From positions 77,330,202 to 77,360,158 of the forward strand of contig NC_057718.1 of NCBI RefSeq assembly GCF_004010195.1: 29,957 nucleotides of DNA, given 5' to 3'. The stretch's first letter is position 1, and each line of letters opens with the position of its first letter. The notes beneath the pieces were generated by a model. The model did not search any database. It worked only from the letters and a program-made list of their open reading frames with translations, and was not told the origin of the DNA. Position numbers and translations under genes: made by a program. Shown here piece after piece: positions 10,780 to 21,810 of the stretch. Source of the stretch: Chiloscyllium plagiosum. Lineage: Eukaryota.

Positions 10780-11796
10780 ACAAGAGTCTGCCAGAGGGAA
10801 TGGCCTTTACAGAACATATCACTGGTAGTGGGGTCTGTTTGTAGGTTGCAGAAATGGTGGATGATGATGCAATGTATAATAGGTTGGTGGAGTGGAAGGT
10901 GAGGACCAGGGCGATTCTGTCCTTTAACGGTTGGAGGGGTGGGGATCAAGGACGGGGGTGTGGGAAGTGGCTGATATGCGTTGGAGGGCACCATTGACCA
11001 TGTGGCTGGGGAATTTGCGGTCTTTGAAGGGGATGATCATCAGGCATGTTCTGTGGTGGAACTTGCCCTCCTGGGAGCAGATGCGGCGGAACTGAAGAAA
11101 TTGGGAATAAGGGATAGCGTTTTTATAGGAAGCAGGGTGGGAGGAGGTGTTGTCCAGATAGCTGTGGGAATCAGTGGGTTTGTAGATGGCTGTGTTGGGG
11201 TTTGAGATGGAGGGATCCAGGAAGGGGAGAGAGGTGTTTGAGATGGTCCAGGTGACTTTAAGGTCGGGTTGGAACTTGTTGATGAAGTTGATGACCTATT
11301 CAACCTCCTCGTGAGAGCACAAGGTGGCGCTGATACGGTCATCAATGTTGCGGAGGAAAAAATGGGGCAATGTAGTGGCAGAAGATGGACCGTTCCACAT
11401 ACCCGATGCAGAGACAGACATAGCTAGGGTCCATGCAGATGCCCATGGCTACCCCTTTGGTCTGGTGAAAGTGGGAAGATTCAAAGGAGAAATTATTGAG
11501 GATGAGGACCAGTTCAGCCAAACAAGTGAGAGTAGTGGAAGGGCACTGGTGGGGACAACAGGAGAGAAAGAAACGGAGGGCTTGGAGACCTTTGTCATAG
11601 CGGACAGATGTGTATAGGGACTGGATGTCCATGGTGAAGATGAGTCGTTGGGGGCCAGAGAAACGAAAGTCAGCCCACCTTATCCCAGATCCAACCTTTC
11701 AACTCAGCACTGCCTCTTGACCTGTCCATCTTCCTTCCCACCTATCTGCTCCATCCCCTCCCATTTTTATGTCAGTCTCCTTGGCCCACAAATCTC

Positions 11797-11832
11797 ATTC
11801 CTGATGAAGGGCTTATGCCCGAAACATCGATT
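11797..11832 (+). ncRNA. Minimal hammerhead ribozyme motif in the inverted pLTR (stem III mutated)
   Basis: Reads auuc CUGAUGA A GGGC-UUAU-GCCC GAAA CAUC gauu. Stem II is perfect, but CGUC>CAUC (a CpG-type change) breaks the palindrome. Confidence 0.7.
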
Positions 11833-13024
11833 CTCCTGCTCCTCGAATGCTGCCTGTACTTTTCCAGCGCCACACCCTCGACTCTGATCTCCAGCATCTG
11901 CACTCTGGCCATCCTCTTGTTCCTTACGCAAGTGTAGAAGAATGCCTTAGGACTTTTTTTTTAATCCTACCTGCTAAAACAGTTTCATGTACCCTTCTAG
12001 CTCCTCCAAGTCCATTCTTCAGTTCCTTCCTGGTTACCTTGGAACCTTCTAAAGCCCTGTCTGATCCTTGCTTCCTCGATATTAAGTAAGTTGTCCCCAA
12101 ATTTTGTAGATTATCTTTCTTAAAAAGATAGAATAGAGTTGAAAATGGAGAAGAACTTCTTCAAGAGGAATAAAAGATGATGTAATTGATTTCAAATGAT
12201 TATATAGGATGTACAACACAAAAACAAGCCAGTCAGGCCAATGACTCAATGCGGGTGTCCATGCTCTACTGAAAGTCCTCCCATTTTTCCTCATCTAATG
12301 TAGTCATCTATTCACTTCTGCCACAAATGTTTTCACAGTTTCCCCATAAAGTTGCTTCAAATACATCCTGAGAGAGTATTCCACATCCTCGCCACTCTTT
12401 GTGTAAAACTGTTTCTTCTGAAATTCCCTATTGGATTTCTTGATTACCTTATATTGATGAACTCTAGATATGTTCTTCCTAACAATGTGAAACTTCCTCT
12501 CTGTATCCATTCTCCAAAAGCCTTTCATAATTTTGTAGGCTTCTGTTCGATCACCTCTCAGCCTTCTGTTGTCAAGAGAAAAGAGTCACAGCCTGTCGAT
12601 CCTTTCTGATATGTATGCCCAAATATTTTTGGAATAATCCTTGTAAATCTTCTGTCAGCTCTGCAGTTGCTCTATATCCTTTTCATATAGTGATAAAAGC
12701 TGCACACGGTAATTTAAAATGTAGTCTAATTAAAGTTTTAATACAGGTTTAGTATAACTTGATTACTTCAGCCCTTCTAATAATAAAGCCTAGTACTTGT
12801 TCTTCTTATGACCTTGCTAAACGGTGTAATTTGGCGATTTGTGTAATTGTACTGCTCTATTCTTCTATTCCACCTAGACTTCCACCTAATTTCTTCCTTT
12901 GAAAACGGTGTTGAACTTTATTTACCAATTATTTGCACATCCCTGTAATTTTTTACATTTCTCTTCAGAATTGACCACTCCACTTCTCACCAGAAACTGG
13001 CATCATGTACAAATTTAGAAATTT

Positions 13025-13336
13025 GATTAGATTCCCTACAGTGTGGAAACAGGCCCTTCGGCCCAACCAGTGCACACCAACTCTCTGAAGAGTAACCCAC
13101 CCAGACCCATTTCCCTCTGACTATTGCACCTAACTTATGGGCAATTTAGCATGGCCAATTCACCTGACCTGCACATCCTTGGACTGTGGGAGGAAACTGG
13201 AGCACCCAGAGGAAACCCACACAGACACGGGGAGAATGTGCAAACTCCACACAGACAGTCGCCCAAGGCCAGAATTGAACCTGGGACCCTAGTGCTGTGA
13301 GGCAGCAGTGCTAACCACTGAGCCACCGTGCCGCCC
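13025..13336 (-). mobile_element. Full-length HE1-type V-SINE
   Basis: Head GGGCGGCACGGTGGCTCAGTGGTTAGCAC (A box), GGTTCAATTC (B box), V-domain, and tail ending GGGAATCTAATC. Confidence 0.92.
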
Positions 13337-13737
13337 TAAATCATTGTTATGATTCCAAAGTCCAAATCATTCACATAAATTGTGAATAGATGTGATCCCA
13401 GCACTGATTCTGTGGGTAGACACTTCTCATCCTCTGCCACTCTGAATAACTACTTCTTTAATCACACCTTCTGCTTTCTGTCTTGAAGCATCCTAGCAAT
13501 CCAATCTGCAACTTGTCACCTGACTCCAAATTCAGTGATTTTTATTCATCAGTACATTAGAGACATTTTATTAAAGACATTTTCAAAATCTGGATTAATT
13601 ACATTTTCTGCAGTACTGCTGTCTGCTTTCTTAATCCTGCCAATAAAATCAATAACATCAATCAAACAAGTTTTGCCTGCAAAAATCTATGCTAACTATT
13701 CATTATTATTGTTTCTATATATGTTCTACTATTTTCT

Positions 13738-14668
13738 TGTGAGATATCATATTATGAGATATTGTGTTATACGTTATCCTTAACGCACTCATCAGCTCAC
13801 TATATTCATTAATACAGGGTGTCCGTCCGTTCGGTCGTTCGTTCGTTCGTTCGTCCGTCCGTCCGTTTCATTCAACCAACCAACCAACCGCGATTCTGTA
13901 GTATATTTTACTATCCAAATTTAAAACAGCCCTTTCTACTCAAAACAACCCATTTCAAAATTACTGCATTTTCATACATCATCAGCCCTCGCCACAAGCA
14001 GTGTTTACCTCTGAATACGTTTGGCATACAGAACAATATCATCCCCATCAAGACTCCACAAACATTATATTAAGCAGCCCTTACCGACCAGCTCCTGGAC
14101 CTGAATAGATTCCCAATTAGTGTGTACCTTTTAACTGGGCCATTATCCCTTTAACTAACTGACAAAACAGTGCTTCCATTAAATTGCATGAATGAATGAA
14201 ACTCATATCAGCAAATAGTAAACAAATCTCACAAACCAGCTGTGATAATCAGTTTAAAGTCCTGTATTTTTTTAAAGTATAGGTACAATTTTTAACTTAT
14301 TTAGACCTACAGTAAGCAGGCCTATTTTTTTAAAAACATTTACTAACTTCAAAGACAAAAGGATTAACACCTCTTAATTATGCAAGCAGACAGGACAGAC
14401 ACTCTTAATCCAATCAGCATTTAGCACGTTTTAACCCATCTCCTGCCTCCCAGAACAGAAGCCCTTCAACCTTTGTCTACTATAGATAGAACAATGTAAC
14501 ACCATAGTAATGGAATTTTAATAAATGTAAGAACTATGGTATAAAGGTGCTCTTGTAAGAACTGTATTTCAGGATTCTATTGCCACCTCGTGCTTGTGCT
14601 GTGATTGCTGAATAAAAGGCTATTTTCACCACTCACCGATTCCGGTAATTATTTGAATACGATCCACA
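13738..14668 (+). mobile_element. Possible second solo LTR (~930 bp), not obviously related to the first
   Basis: Termini TGTGAGAT...ATCCACA (TG..CA, imperfect inverted repeat), flanked by TTCT/CTCT (a 4-bp TSD with one mismatch). Contains CCAAT 14410-14414, TATAAA 14540-14545 and AATAAA 14611-14616, and interrupts the old CR1. The 5' boundary is uncertain. Confidence 0.55.
13820..13889. repeat. Compound tetranucleotide microsatellite (GTCC/GTTC)n + (CAAC)n
   Basis: gtccgtccgttcggtcgttcgttcgttcgttcgtccgtccgtccgt...caaccaaccaaccaacc. Confidence 0.9.
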
Positions 14669-15050
14669 CTCTCCAAGAGTAAGAATACCATTTTTCTCCT
14701 TACCACTGATATAAGAAGAATGATCTGTAATTCTCTGGATATATTGTTCCCCTTTTAAATGTACGGTTTGCATTGGGCTTTCACCCAATCTGTTGGTATT
14801 ACAACTGCTAATGAATTATTAAGTATCAATAGTAATACCTTTACTGAATCTTCTTTAGATTGCCTTAAAATAAATGATTGTAATTTATTCAGTCCAGCTG
14901 TCTCACCATCAGAGCTTGCTTAGTTTAGTCAATACATCCTCTTATTTTTATTTAAAAACACAGTCCTCATCAATTAATTTTGTTCCCACATGTTGTATCT
15001 TCCAAATATTGAATTTAGCTTTAATATTTCTGTCATCTCGCTATTGTTAC

Positions 15051-15363
15051 TTAGATTAGATTAGATTCCCTACAGTGTGGAAACAGGCCTTTTGGCCCAA
15101 CAAGTCCACATCGACCCTCTGAAGAGAAACCCACCCAGACCCATTTCCCTCTGACTAATGCACCTAACGTTATGGGCAATTTAGCATGGCCAATTCACCT
15201 GACCTGCACATCTTTGGACTGTGGGAGGAAACCGGAGCCCCCGGAGGAAACCCATGCAGACACAGGGAGAATGTGCAAACTCCACACAGACAGTCGCCCA
15301 AGGCTAAAATCGAACCTGGGTCCCTGGCGCTGTGAGGCTGCAGTGCTAACCACTGAGCCACCC
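15051..15363 (-). mobile_element. Near full-length HE1-type V-SINE
   Basis: Highly similar to the 13025..13336 copy, with a (TTAGA)n tail on the + strand. Confidence 0.92.
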
Positions 15364-15414
15364 ATTATGGTATTATCTTGTTTCTCCCTTAAATGGTCCT
15401 ATTCCCTATTCCAC

Positions 15415-15762
15415 ATTTTTTTTGGGATGAGGATCTCGCTCACTAGGCCAGCATTTATTGCCTATCCCTAAGTGCACAGAGGACAGTTAAGTGTCAACCA
15501 CATTGCTATGGGTCTGGAGTCACATGTAGGTCAGACCAGGTAAGGATGGCAGTTTACTTCCCTGAAGGACATTAGTGAACCAATGGGTTTTTCCAACAAT
15601 TGACAATGGAGTCATGGTCATCATTAGACTCTTAATTCCAGATTTTTGTTGAATTCGAATTCTACCATTTGCTGTAGTAGGATTTGAACCTAGGTCCCCA
15701 GAACATTACCTGAGTCTCTGGATTAATCACCCAGTGAAAACACCACTAGGCCATCACTCCCC
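15415..15762 (-). mobile_element. SacSINE1-like DeuSINE
   Basis: Minus strand shows a tRNA-like head (B box GGTTCAAATCC), a Deu-domain-like block (GGTTCACTAATGTCCTTCAGGGAAG...CCTTACCTGGTCTGACCTACATGTGACTCCAGACCC), a 3' end GGCAATAAATGCTGGCCTAG and an A-tail. Confidence 0.8.
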
Positions 15763-16716
15763 ATTCTATTGCTGTGCCTGTAAAATATTTAACTAACTTA
15801 CATTTGTTCACCATTGTGCATTGTTCATTTTCATTGTTCTTCTTTGCCTTCTTAACTTTTAATTTTTGGCTGTGTTTACTTATGCCACAATACTAGTGAG
15901 AAGCACTCCCTGCACATGTTCAGATACAGTGAGAGTCTGAGGGTTGACGTTTTCCAAAACCGAAAGGACTAAGAACCTGTCTAAATATGACAAATGGGTC
16001 CCAATTCCAGCATTCCCACCCTATTCCTAGTATTTCAATTCTCTTTGGAACGGGATGAGGGCAGGCTTCATTGTAGGGTACACATTTCCTTGTCCACTTA
16101 TGGCTCCATAGTTTTGATTCAGGAACTTTTTGAAAAGGTAAGTGAAAACCATTTTAACTATTCCACTACAGCTCCTCTGTGCCAACTCATGTTTGCATAT
16201 ATCACCATAGCTCCCATGAGAACACTCAACCTGTCCACTATCCCCAATAAGTTCCTCATACATTCCATGCTAATTCAGGGTCCTTCGATTTCCATTCATT
16301 CATGTGCACAACCTATAGGCCTATAGTAACAATGACATGTGTGGAAGTGCTCAAACAACATCACCCATTCACAAATTGCATTTTGAAAAAGAACTACTGA
16401 TTCTACAACCCTGTATAAAAAATTGAGAATTAATCATACCATTGAAGTATCAATAACAAAAGCTTTAAATATGATATTGATAAAACAGATCACAAAAAGA
16501 TAATTCATAACCACAGTGATGTCAGTCATGTTCTCTGCACCATTATAAAAATATTATGTAAGCAAGTTTGTTTACAAGTTTCAGAGCTTCTAGCAAAGCC
16601 TTATACTGCATGCCAGATCTTAATTAGATCTTATACATTAGTTCAATGCCACCTATAAAGAACCCCTCAACCACTAGCCCTCACATAATACACTTAATCT
16701 TACAAAAGAAACTTAC

Positions 16717-17028
16717 AGCCAGTCTCCACAAGATGCTGCAGTACTCGCGATATTAAGGTGTTTGCTTCATCAAGAAACAGGGCAAGGAGTTCTGGTTTTG
16801 AATTCCATTCTAACAGTTGGGCATCCAGTATCAGTGGCACAGAGCTTGTACCAAGTTGATTGTTCCATGACTAGTCAGTCATTGCAGCATCCCTGTGAAG
16901 TAGCACAAACCGTAAGCTTTCATACCATTTTCTGTTCCATTCATTCAATCATTCTTGGCTTATATAATCCTTTCCTATGGATCCATTCCATGAATGAGAG
17001 GGATCGTCAGGAGTAGTCAGGGAAGAAG
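16717..17028 (-). other. Candidate non-coding (5' UTR) internal exon of TTLL2
   Basis: Apparently non-repetitive segment with donor ct|GTAAGT at 16716..16711 and two possible acceptors: ttcacAG at 16893-16894 and catcAG at 17029-17030 after a pyrimidine-rich tract. There is no long ORF, and the support is motif evidence only. Confidence 0.3.
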
Positions 17029-17940
17029 CTGATGATAATGTTGATTATAACAACAAAAGGAAAGAAATACAATAGAGAATACTGGTCTCTTCCCTACTCC
17101 ATTTACTACCAGAAAATATTTGTCTTTTAAAAACTTGGCTATCCACACAGTCTCCTGTCCAGTCTATCTTACACACCTATCAACTCAAATTCATCCAAAT
17201 CCTCCTACCCATTTTTAAAATTTGCACCATATTTGCTTCCATTCATCGTATTTATACTATTTGTATTGACTCCCAGTCCACCAACCTACTAGAATCTTTA
17301 TACTGCCTCCCTCTATAAACCTTTCCTGATCTATAATCCTCTAGTACAGTCAAATACTCTTGGTCTGACTACTGGCACCAAGCTCCAAATTCCAGAATTT
17401 TCTCCTTAAATAGTTTAAAATGGAAAAATCTTTGATTTCTCATTTAAAACATTCCTCAAAACTCTCTTTATGACGGAGTTATCATAAGACTGAACTCCAG
17501 CTGGAACGATTGGCAAACCAGTAAGGAATGTAAAATTGGGCAGAATATCATTGACATTATTCCTTGCACTGGTTCAGCAATTTCTTCATGGTGGCTGGAG
17601 GTCAATGCTAACTAGCACATCTTGAGAACCTAAACTTCCACTCAACATTTCCCTCCTTTGGTGTCAATTATACCTTATTTGAATATACTGCTGAGTTACA
17701 TAAGTGTCTTCTATTGTGAAGACTGATGCAAAGTATTTATTCAACTCCTCTGTCATTTCTTAGTTCCTCATTATCATTTTCCTAACCTCGTTCTCATAGG
17801 TGTCTATGTTTGCTTTGACTTCTGTCTTTTTTATGTATTTAAAGAAACGATTGCTATCCATCTTGCTATTGCTTGCAAGTTTACTCTCAAGATTTATCTT
17901 TTCCCTCTTCATTTTATTTTGATTGTCTTTTACTGGTTTT

Positions 17941-19711
17941 GAGAATACAGCAATATCGTTAGCCTACCTGAAAACAAGAGACACAAGACCATTATTCTAA
18001 ACAAATCAGACTACCTTAAAAAGGCAAATGCTCTGCTTTCAGATACTGACACTTACTCGCAAGTGGTGATAGACCTGACCCCACAATTAGAAAACAGAAC
18101 CTCATCCTTGTTAATAGGACTTCAAAGATTGGGAGAATTAAAGAGGACAGACTTCCAAAATATGAAATCAGATGGATCAAACACACCATGCTTCTACAGA
18201 TTGGCAAAAATACACAAACCTGGGGCCCTCCTCAGACCCACAGTCTCTCTACCTGGTACACCAACATACAGACTAGCCAAGGAACTTCACCAAAAACTAA
18301 AACACCTAATTGAAGATTCACGCCACTCCATTCACTCCACCCAAGAACTCCTGAATATATTCAAAACACCAAGATAGAAGAGGACGAAACAATGGTCTCC
18401 TTTGACATTACAGCTCTTTTCACATCAATTAACATCGACCTAGCCAAAGAAACACTGGCATCACTACTAGGAAAACCAATACCACAAACACCAGACAGCA
18501 CAAACCTCATCAGCAAGCCAACATCCTCAAGCCTGTGTCTGACCACCCACTTCACATTCAATAACAAAACCTATACACCAAAGCAATGGAACACCCATGG
18601 GATCTCCAAGATCAGGGCTCATAGCTAAAGCAGTATTGCAGAGAATAGAACAAAGTATCTATCCAACCCAAACTTTGGGTCCACTACATGGATGACACCT
18701 TTGTCATCACAAAACGGAACAAATTAGTGAAAACATTCAACACCATCAACAATATCCTGACAGGCATAAAATTCAAAAAGAGGAGGTGAACGACAATAGA
18801 CTCCCATTCTTAGAAATAAAACAACAAACACAGACCAAATACTTAACTTCAGAAACAATTGTCCCAATACCCACATTCGGAGCTGCAGCAAGATATTATT
18901 TCAAGGAGCTACATCACACTGCAGCATCCAAGAACTACAAAGAACAGAAGAAAAATACCTATATAATATTTTCAAGAAAAACAGGTACCCAATAAACATA
19001 ATCTGCCAATTCCTCAGAAACAAACCCAAACAGGCAGACACAACACAACCAAAAACTATAGCCACATTTCTGATATGTTTTTGATGTAATGTAATGACTT
19101 CCAGACTACTCAGACACCTTGGCATCATGATAGCCCACAAACCACCTGCCAACACACTTAAACAGTGACTAATGAACCTAAAAGATCCATTAGATACTAC
19201 CAGCAAAACTAATGTCATTTACAAAGATACCATGCAAGGACTGTGAAAAAACACTATTGGACAAACAAGCAGAATACTTGCCACCAGGACGTATGAACAC
19301 CAACTAGCCACCAAAAGACATAACCCATTATCACTAGTTTCTATACGTACAGACAAAGAAGGACACCACGTTGACTGGGACAACACACACATCCTTGGAC
19401 AAGTGAAACAAAGACATGCACGAGAATTCCTAGGAGCCTGGCAATCTAGCCAGAGCTCTATCAATAAACACATCGATTTAGACCCCATCTACCTTTCCTT
19501 GGGGAAACAAAAAAACAGAAATGACATCACACACCTTAAGAAATCAAGACCTATAAATAGAGGTGGAACATACCACCAGCACGTCACTGGAGGCTCTCAC
19601 TGATGATGTTACCTAGTCATGGTGGCAAAACATCTGAAAACAAACCTTCCAGCTCAGTGAGCTAACTTACATCCATATCATCGACCTGAGCTACAAATCT
19701 TCTCAAAAATC
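17941..19711 (+). mobile_element. Penelope-like element (Penelope/Poseidon-like), 5'-truncated and frameshifted
   Basis: RT motifs FYRLAKIHKPGALLRPTVS, MVSFDITALFTSI, GTPMGSP and YMDDTF. GIY-YIG region TNVIYK.PCKDCEKH.IGQTSRILATR..EH. The 3' pLTR ends GAGCTACAAATCTTCTCAAAA. Confidence 0.9.
19596..19640 (+). ncRNA. Degenerate hammerhead ribozyme motif in the Poseidon-like pLTR
   Basis: Reads cuca CUGAUGA U GUUACC-UAGUCAU-GGUGGC AAAA CAUC ugaa. Stems I and II can pair, but GAAA>AAAA and CGUC>CAUC predict an inactive ribozyme. Confidence 0.6.
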
Positions 19712-19834
19712 ATGAATATTCCCAATCCTCTGGCTTACCACTATCTTTGCCACGTTGTATGTTTCTTCTTTTGATATGATACTTTCTTGAACTTCTCTGG
19801 TTAACCATGGTTGGCTTATCATGGGGAAAAGTAG

Positions 19835-19925
19835 AAAAGTAGAGTTGAGGAATATCAAATCTGTCATGATCGCTTTGAATGGCATAGTAGCTTCAATAGG
19901 CTGAATGTTTTCTTCTGTTCCCTAT
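19835..19925 (+). mobile_element. Short CR1 3'-end fragment
   Basis: GTCATGATCGCTTTGAATGGCATAGTAGCTTCAATAGGCTGAATG...CTGTTCCCTAT resembles the 3' UTR at 420-497. Confidence 0.6.
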
Positions 19926-19929
19926 TAAC

Positions 19930-21560
19930 ACCAAACTAACAGGCCTGTAGTCTTGGTTTTCTCTCCCTCTTTTCTTATATAGTGAGGCTGTACTTGCTAT
20001 TCTTCAGTTTGCAGGAATCTATAGAATTTTTAAAGATGACTACTAATGAATCTACTAAATAGTATGTAACTGCATGCTAACTAATCCACTTAGTTTTGAG
20101 CCCTACCTTTTCATAAATACTATTGTTAGATTAGATTAGATTACTTACAGTGTGGAAACAGGCCCTTCGGCCCAACAAGTCCACACCGACGCGCAACCCA
20201 CCCATACCCCTACATTTACCCCTTTAACCTAACACTACGGGCAATTTAGCATGGCCAATTCACCTGACCCGTACATTTTTGGATTGTGGGAGGAAACCGG
20301 AGCACCCGGAGGAAACCCACGCAGACACGGGGAGAACGTGCAAACTCCACACAGTCAGTCGCCTGAGTCGGGAATTGAACCCGGGTTTCTGGCGCTGTGA
20401 GGCAGCAGTGCTAACCACTGTGCCACCGTGCCGCCCTAACTTCTTCACAACTCCCTCGTTTCCCTAGTATTTCCAGGAAATTTTCTGCAGTTCCCCCTGT
20501 AAATGCTGACACAAAGTAATTGTTTAATTCTTCATTACAAATTCTCCTGTCTCCATCTGAAATGGACCCACATTTGACTTTGCTAACCTTTTCCTTTTCA
20601 TATACCTAAAAAAGCTTTTATGGTTGTGTCTTTTTGTTACTCACTAGTTTACATTTACATTCACATTCACTTATTTTCTTTTTTTAATCAATTTGTTGGT
20701 TATCTGTTGCTGGATTATAAATTGCTCCCAATCCTTGGGCGTTTTCTGGCAATCTTACAAACCACTTATTTTAATCGGATGCAATCTTTAACTTCCTTTT
20801 GTTGCCATGGTTGATTCACTTTTTGTATTACATATTTATTGTAGACCACGCAATATTAGCCATTGCTGTCTATCATCAAATTCTGGACATAGGGTAATTA
20901 AGATATTCTATCATTTTCAAACAATGTAAAACTCAATCCTATTGTGCCCTTAACTGCCAAATTACAATTGGCCTCTTCTTATTACATGATACTAAATCTT
21001 CCTCAACTTTGTTTGTTTGAATATAATTCTGTTTTCTGATCCTATTAGCATTTGCCTTCATTTTATCTGCCTTCTAATTTATTTGCATCTTTTTAACTTT
21101 CTGTTATCCATTGTGTCCCTCCGTTCCCAGCTTTCTTGCAGGTTCACATTTTCTGCAAATCTAGTTTAAACCCTCATCAACAGTACTCGCAAATGCCCCG
21201 ATGAGCATGCTAATCATATTCCTGTTAAGGTACAACCTGTTTGTCTTATACAAACCTCATCTGCTCCAGAAATAGTCCCAATGCCTCAGAAATCTGATCC
21301 CCTCCCTACTACACAAATTCTCCTGTCATGCATTCAATTGCTCAATCTTTCTATTCCTGTGCACACTACCACAGGGAATAATCCTGAGCTTAGTGCTTTT
21401 GAGTGCTACTTTTTAATTCCTTTCCTAACTGCCTAAAATATGCTTTAAGGACGTCATCCCTCTTTCCTTATCATTGATATCATTGTGATCCATAGCCTTT
21501 AGTTGTTCTCCCTCTTGCAGAAGAATAGCCTGGAGCTGCTCTGAGACATCTGTAGGATTG
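19930..21560 (-). mobile_element. Old, internally deleted CR1 LINE retaining ORF2 traces and ORF1 esterase-like remnants
   Basis: AAACTAACAGGCCTGTAG (~YRPVSL) near 19935 and GCTGACACAAAGTAATTGTTTAA (~LNNYFVS) near 20505. Around 21170-21420 the minus strand reads LYKTNRLYLNR (~LYKxDGLHLN of CR1 ORF1). Confidence 0.6.
20127..20436 (-). mobile_element. Full-length HE1-type V-SINE, distinct CpG-rich (younger) variant
   Basis: A box TGGCACAGTGG, B box GGTTCAATTCC, V-domain and (TAATC)n tail. It retains many CpGs and differs from the other copies in the pre-tail region. Confidence 0.92.
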
Positions 21561-21810
21561 AGGTTTCTTTTCGATCATTGTTTATTTTCACATAAGAAAG
21601 TCAGGAACTAAATTATATTTTGTTTAATTATGGACAATTCCAAAGCATTTATTTTCAGTTAATGAAGAAAGCCAGGTGAAAAGTAGGGCATTGATTTTCT
21701 GATTGCTATTTTACAACTCAGCTAATGTATACTTGGGTTAACATACGAGAGTAATTTGAAAGAAAATATATGTTTACTCAAAGGCGCAGCTAGCTAAGTG
21801 GTAGGTCTAA

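Larger units (their letters stand above)
10103..11900 (-). mobile_element. Penelope-like element (Neptune-like), 5'-truncated, with inverted pseudo-LTR (~11670..11900, + strand)
   Basis: Fragmented RT (MDIQSLYTSV, QTKGVAMG, RNIDD) and GIY-YIG endonuclease (HVIYYIDCSRCGLLLIGETG). Terminal sequences at 10103-10200 and 11790-11880 are inverted copies. CACTCT is duplicated at 10097-10102 and 11901-11906. Confidence 0.85.
7821..12095 (-). mobile_element. CR1-clade LINE in three pieces (7821..9369, 9995..10102, 11901..~12095), interrupted by a solo LTR and a Penelope-like element
   Basis: RT motifs LFKKGNRDNPGNYRPVNL, QHGF, VDVVYMDFSKVF, VTSGVLQGSILGPVLF and LERVQTRFTRMLPG are present. CR1 sequence resumes across both insertions (GGTCCCC|CTCAGTAGTGAATACTG and CCTCACTCT|GGCCATCCTC). 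Confidence 0.85.
12200..14870 (-). mobile_element. Old, heavily decayed CR1-like LINE (pieces ~12200..13020, ~13340..13737, ~14670..14870)
   Basis: Weak but ordered similarity to the CR1 3' UTR and RT on the minus strand, e.g. GATCCCAGCACTGAT (~QGSVLG) and AAAGACATTTTCAAAATC (~DFxKAF). It is interrupted by a SINE and a putative LTR. Boundaries are approximate. Confidence 0.6.
17700..19830 (-). mobile_element. Old CR1 fragment (~17700..17940 and ~19712..19830) split by a Penelope-like element
   Basis: GAAGACTGATGCAAAGTATTTATTCAACTCCTCTG (minus strand ~AEELNKYFASVF). The CR1-like sequence resumes at TTCCCAATCCTCTGGCTTACCAC after the insertion. Confidence 0.65.

Noticed and set aside
13265..13336. 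tRNA genes at the SINE heads (also ~650-720, 15295-15363, 20365-20436, 22755-22826)
   Set aside because: A and B boxes are present, but each head continues into the V-domain and LINE tail. These are tRNA-derived SINE heads, not tRNAs.
13820..13889. CRISPR-like or other spacer-repeat array
   Set aside because: This is a simple tetranucleotide microsatellite with no spacers, in a vertebrate context. No such array was seen anywhere in the window.
16762..17016. 84-aa plus-strand ORF as a small protein gene
   Set aside because: It has a non-ATG start and no recognisable motif, and the splice signals in this island favour the minus strand.
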